Assembly: GCA_964016885.1 (NCBI GenBank)
Contig: OZ024745.1
Span: 86,738,001 to 86,802,000 of the forward strand
DNA length: 64,000 bases
Direction of reading: 5' to 3'
Source of the DNA: Eledone cirrhosa
Taxonomy: Eukaryota
Below are positions 10,700 through 25,370 of the stretch, piece by piece. The position numbers and the translations under genes were made by a program. The stretch's first letter is position 1, and the number at the start of each line of letters is the position of its first letter. The notes beneath the pieces were generated by a model. The model did not search any database and was not told where the DNA came from. It saw only the letters and a program-made list of their open reading frames with translations.

Positions 10700-13600
10700 C
10701 AACTATATCACATAGGAAATTATATCACAGACCAAACTGTATCAGAGACCAAAGTATATCACAAACCAAACTATACCAAAGGTCAAACTATATCACATGT
10801 CTAACTTTATCACAGATCAAACTATATCACAGGACAAACTATATCACATACAAAACTATATCTCAGACCAAATTATATCACAGACCAAACTATTTCACAG
10901 ACCAAACTACATCACAGACCAAACTATATCACAGACCAAAATATAACACAGAACAAACTATATCACAGACCAATCTTTATCACAAACCAAACAATATCAC
11001 ACACCGAATTATTTCACTGTCAAAACTATATCACAGACGATAATACATTACACACCAAACAATATCACACACGAAACTATATCACAGTAGAAATTATATG
11101 TCAGACCAAACTATATCACAGGCCAAACTATATCATAGACCAAACTATATCACAGGTCAAATTATATCACACACAAAACTCTATCACAGACCAAACTATA
11201 TCACAGACCAAACTATATCACAGACCAATCTTTATCACAAACCAAACTATATCACAGACCAAACTATACCACAGACCAAAGTATATCAGAGACCAAAGTA
11301 TATCACACACTAAATTATATCACAGGTCAAAATATATGACTGGTTAAACTAAATCATAGACCTAACTATATCACATAAAAATTATATCACAGAATAACTA
11401 TATCAATGACCAAACTATATCACATTTCTAACTTTATCACAGATCCAACTATATCACAGGACAAACTATATCACAAAAAAACTATATCACAGACCAAATT
11501 ATATCTCAGACCAAACTATATCTCAGACCAGACTATATCACAGACCAATCTATATCACAGACCAATCTATATCACAGACCAAACTATATCACCGACCAAA
11601 CTATATCAAAGACCAAACTATATCTCCGACCAAACTATATCACAGATGAAACAATATCACAGACCAAACTATAGTACAGGCGAAACTATAGCTAAGACGA
11701 GACTATATCGCAAAACAAACTATATCACAGGTCAAACTATATCACAGAACAATGTATATCACAGGCCTCTCTATATCACAGGCCAATATATATCATAGAA
11801 CAAAGTATAAGACAGACCAAATTATATCAGAGACCAATCTGTATCACAGACCGAACTATATCATAGACCAAATTAAATCACAGACCAAACTATAAAACAG
11901 ACCAAACTATATGATATACCAAATTATATCTCAGGTCAAACAATATCACAGACCAAACAATATCACAGACCAAACTATATCACAGAGGAAATCATATGTC
12001 AGACGAAACCCTATCACAGACCAAACTGCATCAGAGACCAAACTATATCACAGACCAAATTATAACACAGGACAAACTATAACATAGACCAATCTTTATC
12101 ACAAACCAAACTATCACACAGACCGAGTTATTTCAAAGATCAAACTATAACACAGACGAAACTACATTACACACCAAACTATATAATATACGAAACTATA
12201 TCACAGACCAAACTCTATTGCAGACCAAACTACATCACAGACCAAACTATATCACATACCAAACTATAGTATAGACGAAACTATATCAAAGACGAGATTA
12301 AATCGCAGAACAATCTATATCATAGGTCAAACTATATCACAGACCAAACTATATCACAAAGGAAATTATATCACAGACCAAACTATATAACAGACCAAAC
12401 TATATCACAGATCAAATCATATCACATGTCAAACTATATCACAGGTCAAACTATATCACAGACCAATCTATATCTCAGATCAAACTATAAAACAAACCAA
12501 AATATATGAAATACCAAACTATATCTCAGGTCAAACTATATCACAGCAAATTAAATCACAGACCAAACTACATCACAGACCAAACTATATCACAGACCAA
12601 ACTATAACACAGACGAAACTACATTACTCACCAAACTATATGAAATACGAAACTATATCACAGACCAAAATATATCAGATGTCAAACTATATCACAGACC
12701 AAACGATATCAAAGTCCAAACTCTATCACAGAGCAATCTATATCACAGACCAAACTATATCACTGACCAACTATATCACAGACCAAACTATAACACAAAA
12801 CAAACTATATCACAGTACAATCTTTATCACAAACCAAACTATATCACAGGTTAATCTATATCACAGACCAATATATATCACAGACCAAACCCTATGACAG
12901 ACCAAACTATATCACAGAACAAACTATATGTCAGACCAAAGTATATGACCGACCAAACTATATCACAGACCAAACTATATCACAGGTCAAACTATATCAC
13001 AGACTACTCGATATCACCGACCAAACTATATCACAGAACAAACTATATTACAGACGAAACTATATCACAGACCAAACTACATTACAGCTCAAACTATATC
13101 ACAGACCAAACTATATCAAAGACCAACTATATCACATAGGAAATTATATCACAGACCAAACTGTATCAGAGACCAAAGTATATCACAAACCAAACTACAC
13201 CAAAGGTCAAACTATATGACAGGTCAAATAACATCACAGACCAAACTATATCACAGGTCAATCTATATCACACACTAAACTATATCACAGAAAAACTATA
13301 TCACAATCAAACTATATCAATTACCAAACTATATCACATGTCTAACTTTATCACAGATCAACTATATCTCAGAGCAAATTATATCACAGACCAAACTATT
13401 TCACAGTCCAAACTACATCACAGACCAAACTATATCACAGACCAAAATATAACACAGAACAAACTATATCACAGACCAATCTTTACCACAAACCAAACAA
13501 TATCACACACCGAATTATTTCACTGTCAAAACTATATCACAGACGATAATACATTACACACCAAACAATATCACACACGAAACTATATCACAGACCAAAC

Positions 13601-14920
13601 GATATCACACACCAAACTATATCACAGGACAAACTATATCACAGACCAATCTATATCACAGACTTTAACTATATCACAGACCAAACTATACCAGAGACCA
13701 AACTATATGACAGATCAAATCATATCACAGGTCAAACTATATCACAGTCCAAACTATATCACAGAACAACTATATCACAGACCAAACTATAAAACAGACG
13801 AAACTATATGATATACCAAACTATATCTCAGGTCAAACTATATCACAGACCAAACTATATCACAGAGGAAATTATATGTCAGAACAAACTATATCACAGG
13901 CCAAACTATATCATAGACCAAACTATATCACAGGTCAAATTATATCACACACAAAACTCTATCACAGACAAAACTCTATCACAGAGCAAACTATATCACA
14001 GACCAATCTTTATCACAAACCAAACTATATCACAGACCAAACTATACCACAGACCAAAGTATATCAGACACCAAATTATATCACAGGTCAAACTATATGA
14101 CTGGTTAAACTATATCACAGACCTAACTATATCACATAAAAATTATATCACAGAATAACTATATCAATGACCAAACTATATCACATTTCTAACTTTATCA
14201 CAGATCCAACTACATCACAGGACAAACTATATCACAAAAAAACTATATCACAGACCAAATTATATCTCAGACCAAACTATATCACAGACCAGACTATATC
14301 ACAGACCAATCTATATCACAGACCAATCTATATCACAGACCAAACTATATCACCGACCAAACTATATCAAAGACCAAACTATATCTCCGACCAAACTATA
14401 TCACAGACGAAACAATATCACAGACCAAACTATAGTACAGACGAAACTATAGCTAAGACGAGACTATATTGCAAAACAAACTATATCACAGGTCAAATTA
14501 TATCACAGAACAATGTATATCACAGGCCTCTCTATATCACAGTCCAATATATATCATAGAACAAAGTATAAGACAGACCAAACTATATCAGAGACCAATC
14601 TGTATCACAGACCTAACTATATCATAGACCAAATTAAATCACAGACCAAACTATAAAACAGACCAAACTATATAATATACCAAATTATATCTCAGGTCAA
14701 ACAATATCACAGACCAAACTCAATCACAGACCCAACTACATCACAGACCAAACTATATCACAGACCAAACTATAACACAGACGAAACTACATTACTCACC
14801 AAACTATATCAAATACGAAACTATATCACAGACCAAAATATATCATATGTCAAACTATATCACAGACCAAACGATATCAATGTCCAAACTCTATCACAGA
14901 GCAATCTATATCACTGACCA
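10700..14920 (+). repeat. ~2.2-2.8-kb mosaic higher-order duplication
   Basis: Near-identical translated blocks at 11406 and 14167 (offset 2761) and at 11098 and 13876. Shared markers GAAACTATAGCTAAGACGAG and CACCGAATTATTTCACTGTC. Confidence 0.8.
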
Positions 14921-17900
14921 ACTATATCACAGACAAAACAATAAAACAGACAAAACTATACGATATACGAAACTATATGTCAGGTACAAACTATATCACA
15001 GACCAAACTATATCACAGACCAAACTATATCAAAGATCAAACTATATCACACACCAAACTCTATCACAGACCAAACTACATCACAGACCAAACTATATCA
15101 CAGACCAAACTATAACACAGAACAAACTATATCACAGACCAATCTTTATCACAAACCAAACAATATCACAGACCAAAATATATCACAGGTCAAACTATAT
15201 CACAGACAAAATTTTATCACACACCAAACTACAGCACGGAACAAACTATATTATAGGTCAAACTATAGTACCGACGAAACTATATCACAGACGAAACTAT
15301 ATCACAGGCCAAACTATATCATAGAACAAACTATATCACTGACCACACTATATCACAGACCAAACTATATCACAGGTCAATCTATATCACAGACCAATCT
15401 ATATCACCGATCAAAGTATATCACAGACCAAACTATATCACATGTCAAACTTTATCACAGATCAAACTATATCACTGGACAAACTATTTCACAGACGAAA
15501 CTATATCTCAGACCAAATTATATCACAGATGAAACTATATCACATACCAAACTACATCCTACACCAAACTATATCTCAGACCAAAATATATTACAGACCG
15601 GACTATATCACAGACCAATCTATATCATAGACTAAACCATATCACAAACGAAACAATATCACAGACTAAACTATAGTACAGACAAAACTATATCAAAGAC
15701 GAGACTATATCGCAAAACAACCTATATCACAGATCAAACTATATCACAGAAAAAACTATATCTCTAAACAAACTATATCACAGAGTAAAAAATATCACAG
15801 ACCAAACTATATCACAGGCCAGTCTATATCACAGACCAAAATATATCACAGACCTAACTATATCACAAAGGAAATTATATCTCAGACCAAACTATATCAC
15901 AGGTCAATCTATATACCAGACCAATCTATATCACAGACGTAACTATATCACTGACCAAACTATATCACAGACCAAACTATATAACAGACCAATCTATATC
16001 ACAGATCAAACCATATCACAAAGTAAACTATATCACAGGCCAAACTATATCACAGACGAAACTACATTACACACCAAACTATATTACAGACCAATCTATA
16101 TCACAGAACAAACTATATCACAGACCAAACTATAAAACAGACAAAACTATGTGATATACCAAACTATATCTCAGGTCAAACTATATCACAGACCAAACTA
16201 TATCACAGACCAAACTATATCACTGACCAAACTATATCACAGACCAAATTATATCACAGACCAAACTATATCACAGAACAAACTATATCTCTAAACAAAC
16301 TATATCACAGAGTAAACTATGTCACAGACCAAACTATGTCACAGACCTAACTATATCACTGACCAAACTATATCACAGAACAAACTATATCACACACCAA
16401 ATTATAACATAGAACAAACTATATCATAGACCAATCTTTATCACGAACCAAACAATATCACAGACCAAATTATTTCACAGACCAAACTATATCACAGACG
16501 AGACTCCATTACACACCAAACTGTATCCCATATACGAAACTATATGACAGACCAAACAACGTCACAGACCAAACTATATCACAGACCAAACTATATCACA
16601 GGTCAAACTATATTACAGACCAAAGAATATCACTGACCAAACTACATCACAGACCAAACTATATCACAGACCAAACTATAACACAGAACAAACTATATCA
16701 CAGACCAATCTTTATCATGGAACAAACTATCACAGACCAAACTATATCACAGACCAAACTATATAACAAACCAAACTATATCACAGATCAAACCATATCA
16801 CAGGTCAAACAATATCACAGGCCAAACTATATCACAGACGAAACTACATTACACACCAAAGTATAACACATACGAAACTATATCACAGACCAAGCTATAT
16901 CACAGACCAAACTATATCACATACAAAACTATATCACAGACCAAGCTATATCACAGACCAAACTATATCACAGACCAAACTATATCACAGACCAAACTAT
17001 ATCACACACCAAACTATAACACAGACCAATCTATATGACCGACCAAACTATATCACAGGCCAAACTATATCACAGACCAAACAATATCACAGAACAAACT
17101 ATATCACAGATTAAACTATATCAGAAACCAAACAATATCACAAATCAAACCATATCACTGGTTAAACTATAACACAGGTCACACTATATGACAGGTCAAA
17201 CTATATCATAGACCAAATTATATCATAGGTCAATCTATATCACACACTAAAAAAATCACAGAAAATTTATATCACAGACAAACTATATCACCGACAAACT
17301 ATATCACATGTTAAACTTTATCACAGACGAATCTATACCACAGACGAAACTATATCACAGACCAAATTATATGACAGACCAAACTATATCACAGACCAAA
17401 CTATATGACAGAACAAACTATATGACAGACCAATCTATATCACCGACCAATCTATATCACAGACCAAACTATATTACAGATCAAACTATATAACAGACTA
17501 AACTATATCACATACTAAACTATATCACAGGACAAACTATATCACAGACCAAACTATATCACAGACCAAGCTATATCACAGACCAAACTCTATCAGACAC
17601 CAAACTATATCAAACACCAAACTATATCAGAGGAATCACTATATCACAGACCAAACTATATCACACACCTATGTATATCACAGACGAAACTATATCACAA
17701 GTCGAACTATATGACACACCAAACTATATCACAGAAAATCCTATAACACAGACCAAATTATATGACAGACCAAACTATATCACAGACCAATCTATATCAA
17801 CGACCAAACAATATCACAGCCCAAACTATATGCCAGAGCAAACTATATGACAGAACAAACTATATGACAGACCAATCTATATCACCGACCAATCTATATC

Positions 17901-18859
17901 ACAGACCAAACTATATTACAGACCAAACTATATCACAGACCAAACTATATCACAGACCAAATTATATCACACCCAAAACTATATCACATGTCAATCTATA
18001 TTACAGACTAAACTATCTCATAGACCAAATTATATCTCAGACCAAACTATATATCACAGAGCAAACTATATCACAGAACAAACTATATCACAGACTAAAC
18101 TATATCATAGGACAAACTATATCACAAACAGAACTATATCTCAGACCAAATTATAACATAGAACATACTATAACACAGACCACACTATATCACACGACAA
18201 ATTATATCACATGTCAATCTATATCACAGACCAAATTCTATCATACACAAAACACTATCACAGACCAATCTATATCACAGTTCAAACTATATCACAGACC
18301 AAACTATATCACAGAGGAAATTATATCTCAGACCTAACTATATCAAAGACCACACAAAATCACAAACCAAACTATATCACAGACCAAACTATATCACAGG
18401 TCAGACTATATCACAGACCAAACTATATCACAGAGGAAATTATATCTCAGACCTGACTATATGACAGACCAAGCTATATCACAGACAAAACAATATCACA
18501 GAACAAACTATATCACAGGTCAAACTATATCACAGACCAATCTATATCACCGACCAAACTATATCACAGACCAAACCATATTACAGACGAAACTATATCA
18601 CAGACCAAACAATATCACAGACCAATCAATAAAACAAAGCAACTATATCACAAAACAATATATGTCACAGGTCATACTATATCAGACACCAACCTATATC
18701 ACAGACCAAACTATATGACAGGTCAAACTATATCACAGACCAAACTATATCACAGATGAAACTATATCTCAGACCAAATTATATCACAGACCAAATTATA
18801 TCACAGACCAAACTATTTCACACACCAAACTATATCACAGGTGAATATATATCACAGAC

Positions 18860-20278
18860 GCCTACGACAGTAAAGAAGAACAGATAGAGACATTTAACGT
18901 AGAAGAGAACTGGGAGTTCCTAAAAAATAACTTACTAGAGGCGACGGATGAGGTTTGTGGCTGGAGTAAGACCTCAAGCAGGAGGAGAGTGACTTGGTGG
19001 TGGAACAATAAGGTAGATGAAGCAGTCAAGGCCAAGAGACAGGCATGGAAAGAATGGAAGAACGGGGGGAGCAGGGTACATTACATAGAGACCAAGAGGG
19101 AAGCTAGGCGACAAGTATACTTAGCTAGGAGGGAAGCAGAGGATAGAAAATTTAAGCATGTTTTACAACGTGAGGACCAGAAACAGGAGGTATTCAAGAT
19201 TGCGAGGCAGTGTGTCAGAGATAGTTGTGATGTCATTGGAGAGAAGTGTATCCGGAATGATAAAGGTGAGCTTGCCCTCACAAGTGCTGAGAAGAAAGAT
19301 GCATGGAAGAGTCATTATGATAGATTACTAAATGAGGAGAATGCATGGGAAGAAGAGACCCTACCCCACGTAGACCCTATAGAGGGATCAGCAGTACAAG
19401 TCAGCGGCAGCGTAGTAAGTAAGGCAATCAGAGATATGAAGATAGGGAAGGCAACCGGTCCATCGGGTATAGCTGCCGAGATGCTGAAGGCATCTGGGTC
19501 TGTAGGTCACACTATAACCACACGTATCGTTAACCAGGTAATACTAGAGGGGGCCATACCAAAAGATTGGTGCAGTAGCATCATTGTCAACTGCTACAAA
19601 GGTAAAGGCGATGCACTAGATAGAGGAAACTATAGAGGTATAAAGTTGATGGACCAGGTCATGAAAGTAACAGAAAGAGTTATAGCACAGCTGATTAGGG
19701 ACCGGGTGAATATAGACGAGATGCAATTTGGGTTTGTACCAGGGAAAGGCACCACTGATGCCCTCTTCCTTGTGAGGCAATTACAGGAAAAGTACCTAGC
19801 TAAAAGTAAGCCACTCTACTTGGCATTTGTCGACCTTGAGAAAGCCTTTGACAGAGTTCCACGTGCAGTAATCTGGTGGGCTTACCCAACTACACCTCTC
19901 AAAGTCAATGACACACGACCGTGACTTCTGGCGTCACGCAGTAATACAGGGTACCCGACCTCCCATGGGTACATGCTGAAGCATATAAACAATATGCCCC
20001 CCCCCCACCGCAAGGTGGTCGTGGAGGTGCCACGGCAAAAAAGCACCCAGCCCACACTGTAAAGTGGACGTGTAGGCGCCACGAAAAAGCACCCAGCACT
20101 CACTGTAAATGAGGTTGGTGTTAGGAAGGGCATCCAGCTGTAGAAATCAAGCCAGATCAGTTCCTGTATGAGCAAGGCATGGTCAGCCGACCAGACACTG
20201 CCCACAACAGGACAACCCGTCTAACCCATGCTAGCGTGGAAGAACGGACGTAAAACGGTGATGATGATGATGATGATG
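18860..20278 (+). mobile_element. RTE LINE copy 2: 5'-truncated, ~1.08-kb internal deletion, inserted in the satellite
   Basis: Begins in the APE-RT linker (DAYDSKEEQIE, homologous to DAFDSKEEQLE of copy 1). Uninterrupted frame to FVDLEKAFDRVPRAVIWWA, then jumps at 19881 to the ORF end/3' UTR. Tail GGT(GAT)n at 20257-20278. AGAC present at both junctions. Confidence 0.95.
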
Positions 20279-21299
20279 AGACACAACTATATAATAGAAC
20301 AAACTAAATCTCAGACCAAACTATATCACAGACCGCACTATATCACAGACCAATCTATATCAAAGACAAAAACAATATCACAGACCAAACAATATCTCAG
20401 ACCAAACTATATCACAGAGGAAATTATATCTCAGACCTAACTATATGACAGACCAAGCTATATCAGAGACCAAACATTATGACAGACCAATCTATATGAC
20501 CGACTAAACTATATCACAGCCCAAACTATATCACAGATGAAACTATATCTCAGACCAAATTATATCACAGACCACACTATATCACAGACCAAACTATATC
20601 ACACACCAAACTATATCACAGGTGAATCTATATCACAGACACAATTATATAATAGAACAAACTATATCTCAGACCAAACTATATCACAGACCGCACTATA
20701 TCACAGACCAATCTACATCACAGAGCAAACTATATGACAGACCAAACTATATCACAGACCGAACTATATCACATAGGAAATTATATCTCAGTCCTAACTA
20801 TATGACAGACCAAGCTATATCAGAGACCAAACATTATGACAGACTAATCTATATGACCCACCAAACTATATCACAGACCAAACTTTATCACAGACCAATC
20901 TAAAATCACCGACCAAACTATATCACAGACCAAACTATATTACAGACCAATCAATAAAACAGACCAACTATATCACAGAACAATCTATATCACAGGTCAG
21001 ACTATATCAGACACCAACCTATATCACAGACCAAACTATATGACAGGTCAAACTATATCACAGACCAAACTATATTACAGATGAAACTATATCTCAGATC
21101 AAATTATATCACAGACCAAACTATATCTCACACCAAACTATATCACAGACGAAACTATATCACAGATACAACTATATAATAGAACAAACTATATCTCAGA
21201 CCAAACTATAACACAGCCCGCACTATATCACAGACCAATCTATATCACAGACAAAAACAATATCACAGACCAAACAATATCTATAACCAAACTATATCA

Positions 21300-23870
21300 C
21301 AGGTCAAACTATATCAAAGACCAAACTATATCACAGACCAATCTATATCACAGAGCAAACTATATCACAGTGGAAATTATATCTCAGAGCAAACTATATC
21401 ACTGGTCAAACTATATCACAGGCCAAACTATATCACAGAACAAACTATATAACAGACCAAACTATATCTCAGATCAAACCATATCACAGGTGAAACTATA
21501 TCAGAGGCCAAACTATTTCACAGACTATTCTGTGTCAATGACCGAACTATATCACAGAACAAAGTATATCACAGACCAATCTATATCACACACCACACTA
21601 TATCACATGTCTATCTATATCACAGACTAAACTATATCATAGACCAAACTATATCTCAGAACAAACTATATATCACAGACTGGACTACATCACAGACAAA
21701 ACTATATCACAGGCGAAACAACATTACACACCAAACTATATCACATACGAAACTATATCACAGGTCAAAATATATGACACACCAAACTATATCACAGAAA
21801 AAACTATATCACAGACAAACTATATCACAGACCAAACTATATCACAGACAAACTATATCTCAGACCAAACTATATATCACAGACCGGCCTATATCACAGA
21901 CCAAACTATATCACAGACCAAACTATATCACAGGTCAAACTATATCATAGACTAAACTATATCACAGACCAATCTATATCACAGAGCAAACTATATCACA
22001 TAGGAAATTATATCACAGAGCAAACTATATCACAGGTCAAACTATATCACAGACCAATCTGATATATCAGAGACCTAACTATATCACAGACCAAACTATA
22101 TCACAGACCAAACTATATCACAGGCCAATCTGTATCAATGACCGGACTATATCACAGACCAAAGTATATGACCGACCAAACTATAAAACAGACAAAACTA
22201 TATCTCAAATCAAACAATATCACAGGCCAAACTATATCACAGATCTAACTATGTCACAGAGGAAATTATATGTGAGACCAAACTCTATAAAAGTCCAAAC
22301 TACATCCCAGACCAAACTATATCATCGACCAAACTATAACACTGAACAAATTATATCACAGACCAATCTTTATCACAAACCAAACAATATCACAGACCAA
22401 ATTATTTCACAGTCCAAACTATATCACAGACCAAATTATATCACAGACCAAACTATATCACAGATCAAACTATATCTAAGACCAAACTATATCACAGACG
22501 GGACTATATCACAGAACAATCAATATCACAGACCGAACTATATCACAGACCAAACTATATCACAGACTAAACTATACTCCCAACAAACTATATCACAGAC
22601 GAAATAATATCACAGACCAAACTATAGTACAGATGAAACTACATCTAAGGCGAGACTATATCGCAAAACAAACTATATCACTGGTCAAACTATATCACAG
22701 GCCAAACCATATCACAGACCAATCTATATCACAGACATAACTATATCACAGGCCAAACTATATCTCAGATCAAACCATATCACAGGTGAAAATATATCAC
22801 AGGCCAAATTATTTCACAGACCAATATATGTGTCAATGACCGAACAATATCACAGAACAAAGTATATCACAGACCAATCTATATCACACACCACACTATA
22901 TCACATGTCTATCAATATCACAGAATAAACTATATCATAGACCAAATTATATCTCAGAACAAACTATATATCACAGACTGGACTATATCACAGACAAAAC
23001 TATATCACAGGCGAAACTACATTACACACCAAACTATATCACATACGAAACTATATCACAGGTCAAACTATATGACACACCAAACTATATCACAGAAAAA
23101 ACTATATCACAGACAAACTATATCACAGACCAAACTATATCACAGACCAAACTATCTCACACACCAAACTATATCACATGTCTAACTATATCACAGACTA
23201 ATCTATATCATAGACCAAACTATATCTCAGACCAAACTATATATCACAGACCGGCCTATATCACAGACCAAACTATATCAAAGACCAAACTATATCACAG
23301 GTCAAACTATATCATAGACTAAACTATATCAAAGACCAATCTATATCACAGAGCAAACTATATCACATAGGAAATTATATCACAGAGCAAACTATATCAC
23401 AGGTCAAACTATATCACAGACCAATCTGATATATCAGAGACCTAACTATATCACAGACCAAACTATATAACAGACTAAACTATAACTCACATCAAACCAT
23501 ATCACAGGTCAAACTATATCACAGACCAAACTATATCACAGACCAAACTATATCACAGACCAATCTGTATCAATGACCAGACTATATCACAGACCAAAGT
23601 ATATCACAGACAAAACTATAAAACAGACAAAACTATATCTCAAATCAAACAATATCACGGACCAAACTATATCACAGACCAAACTATGTCACAGAGGAAA
23701 TTATATGTCAGACCAAACTGTATAAATGTCCAAACTACATCCCAGACCAAACTATATCATCGACCAAACTATAACACTAAACAAACTATATCACAGACCA
23801 ATCTTTATTACAAACCAAACAATTTCACAGACTAAATTATATCACAGACCAAACTATATCACAGACCAAA
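21300..23870 (+). repeat. ~1.3-1.45-kb tandem higher-order duplication (more diverged)
   Basis: Markers TGTGTCAATGACCGAAC (21531, ~22829), GACCGGCCTATATC and CCAATCTGATATATCAGAGACC (~22053, ~23421) recur in the same order. Confidence 0.78.
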
Positions 23871-23896
23871 CTAAATCACAGACCAAACAATGTCAC

Positions 23897-23918
23897 ATAG
23901 TTTGGGCTGTGATATAGT
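23897..23918 (-). repeat. 22-bp inverted satellite segment
   Basis: ATAGTTTGGGCTGTGATATAGT is the reverse complement of ACTATATCACAGCCCAAACTAT. Confidence 0.92.
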
Positions 23919-25370
23919 CCAAACTATATCACAGGACAAACTATATCATAGACCAAACTATATCACAGGTCAAACTATATGAGAGACCAAACTATATCAC
24001 ACACCAAACTATACCACATGTCAATCTATATCACAGACTAAACTATATCATAGACCAAAATATATCTCAGACCAAACTATATCACAGACAGAACTATATC
24101 TCAGACCAAATAACAACACAAAACAAACTATAACACAGACCACACTATATCACACACCAAATTATATCACATGTGAATCTATATCACAGACAAAATTCTA
24201 TCACAGGTCAAATTATATCATAGACCAAACACTATCACAGTGGAAATTCTAGCTCAGACCAAATTATAAGACAGACCAAACAATATCACAGAACAAACTA
24301 TATTGCAGGTCAAACTATATCACAGGCCAATCTATAACACCGACCAAACTATATCACAGACCAATCTATATGACCGACCAAACTATATCACAGACCAAAC
24401 TATATCAAAGACCAAACAATATCACAGAACAAACTATATCACAGGTCAAACTATATCACAGTCCAAACTATATCACAGATCAAACTATATCACAAACCAA
24501 ACCATATCACAAATCAAACCATATCACAGGTTAAACTATAACACAGGTCAAACTATATGACAGGTAAAACTATATCATAGACCAAACTATATCATAGGTC
24601 AATCTATATCACACACTAGACAATATCACAGAAAATCTATATTACAGACTAACTATATCACCGACAAACTATATCACATGTTAAACTTTATCACAGACGA
24701 ATCTATATCACAGACGAAACTATATCACAGACCAATCTATATCAACGACAAAACAATATCACAGCCCAAACTATATGCCAGACCAAACTATATGACAGAA
24801 CAAACTATATCACAGACCAAACTATATCACAGACCAAACTATATGACAGACCAAAATATATGACAGACCAAACTATATGACAGACCAATCTATATCACCG
24901 ACCAATCTATATCACAGACCAAACTATATTACAGACCAAACTATATCACAGACCAAACTATATCACATACTAAACTATATCACAGGACAAACTATATCAC
25001 AGACCAACTATATCACATAGGAAATAATATCTCAGACCAAACTATATCACAGAGCAAACGATATCACAGACCAAACTATATCACAGACCAAACTCTATCA
25101 GACACCAAACTATATCACACACAAAACTATATCACAGTAACAACTATATCACAGACCAAACTATATCACAGACCTATGTATATCACAGATGAAACTATAT
25201 CACAGGTCGAACTATATGACACACAAAACTATATCACATGTCAATCTATATTACAGACCAAACTATATCATAGACCAAACTATATGACAGACCAAACTAT
25301 ATTACAGACCAAACTATATCATAGACCAAACTATATGACAGACCAAACTATATTACAGACCAAACTATAT

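Noticed and set aside
20228-20440. MLAWKNGRKTVMMMMMM ORFs reading from LINE tail into satellite (also 36765..36962)
   Set aside because: Poly-Met is the (ATG)n phase of the (GAT)n tail fused by chance to stop-free satellite; no evidence of a gene.
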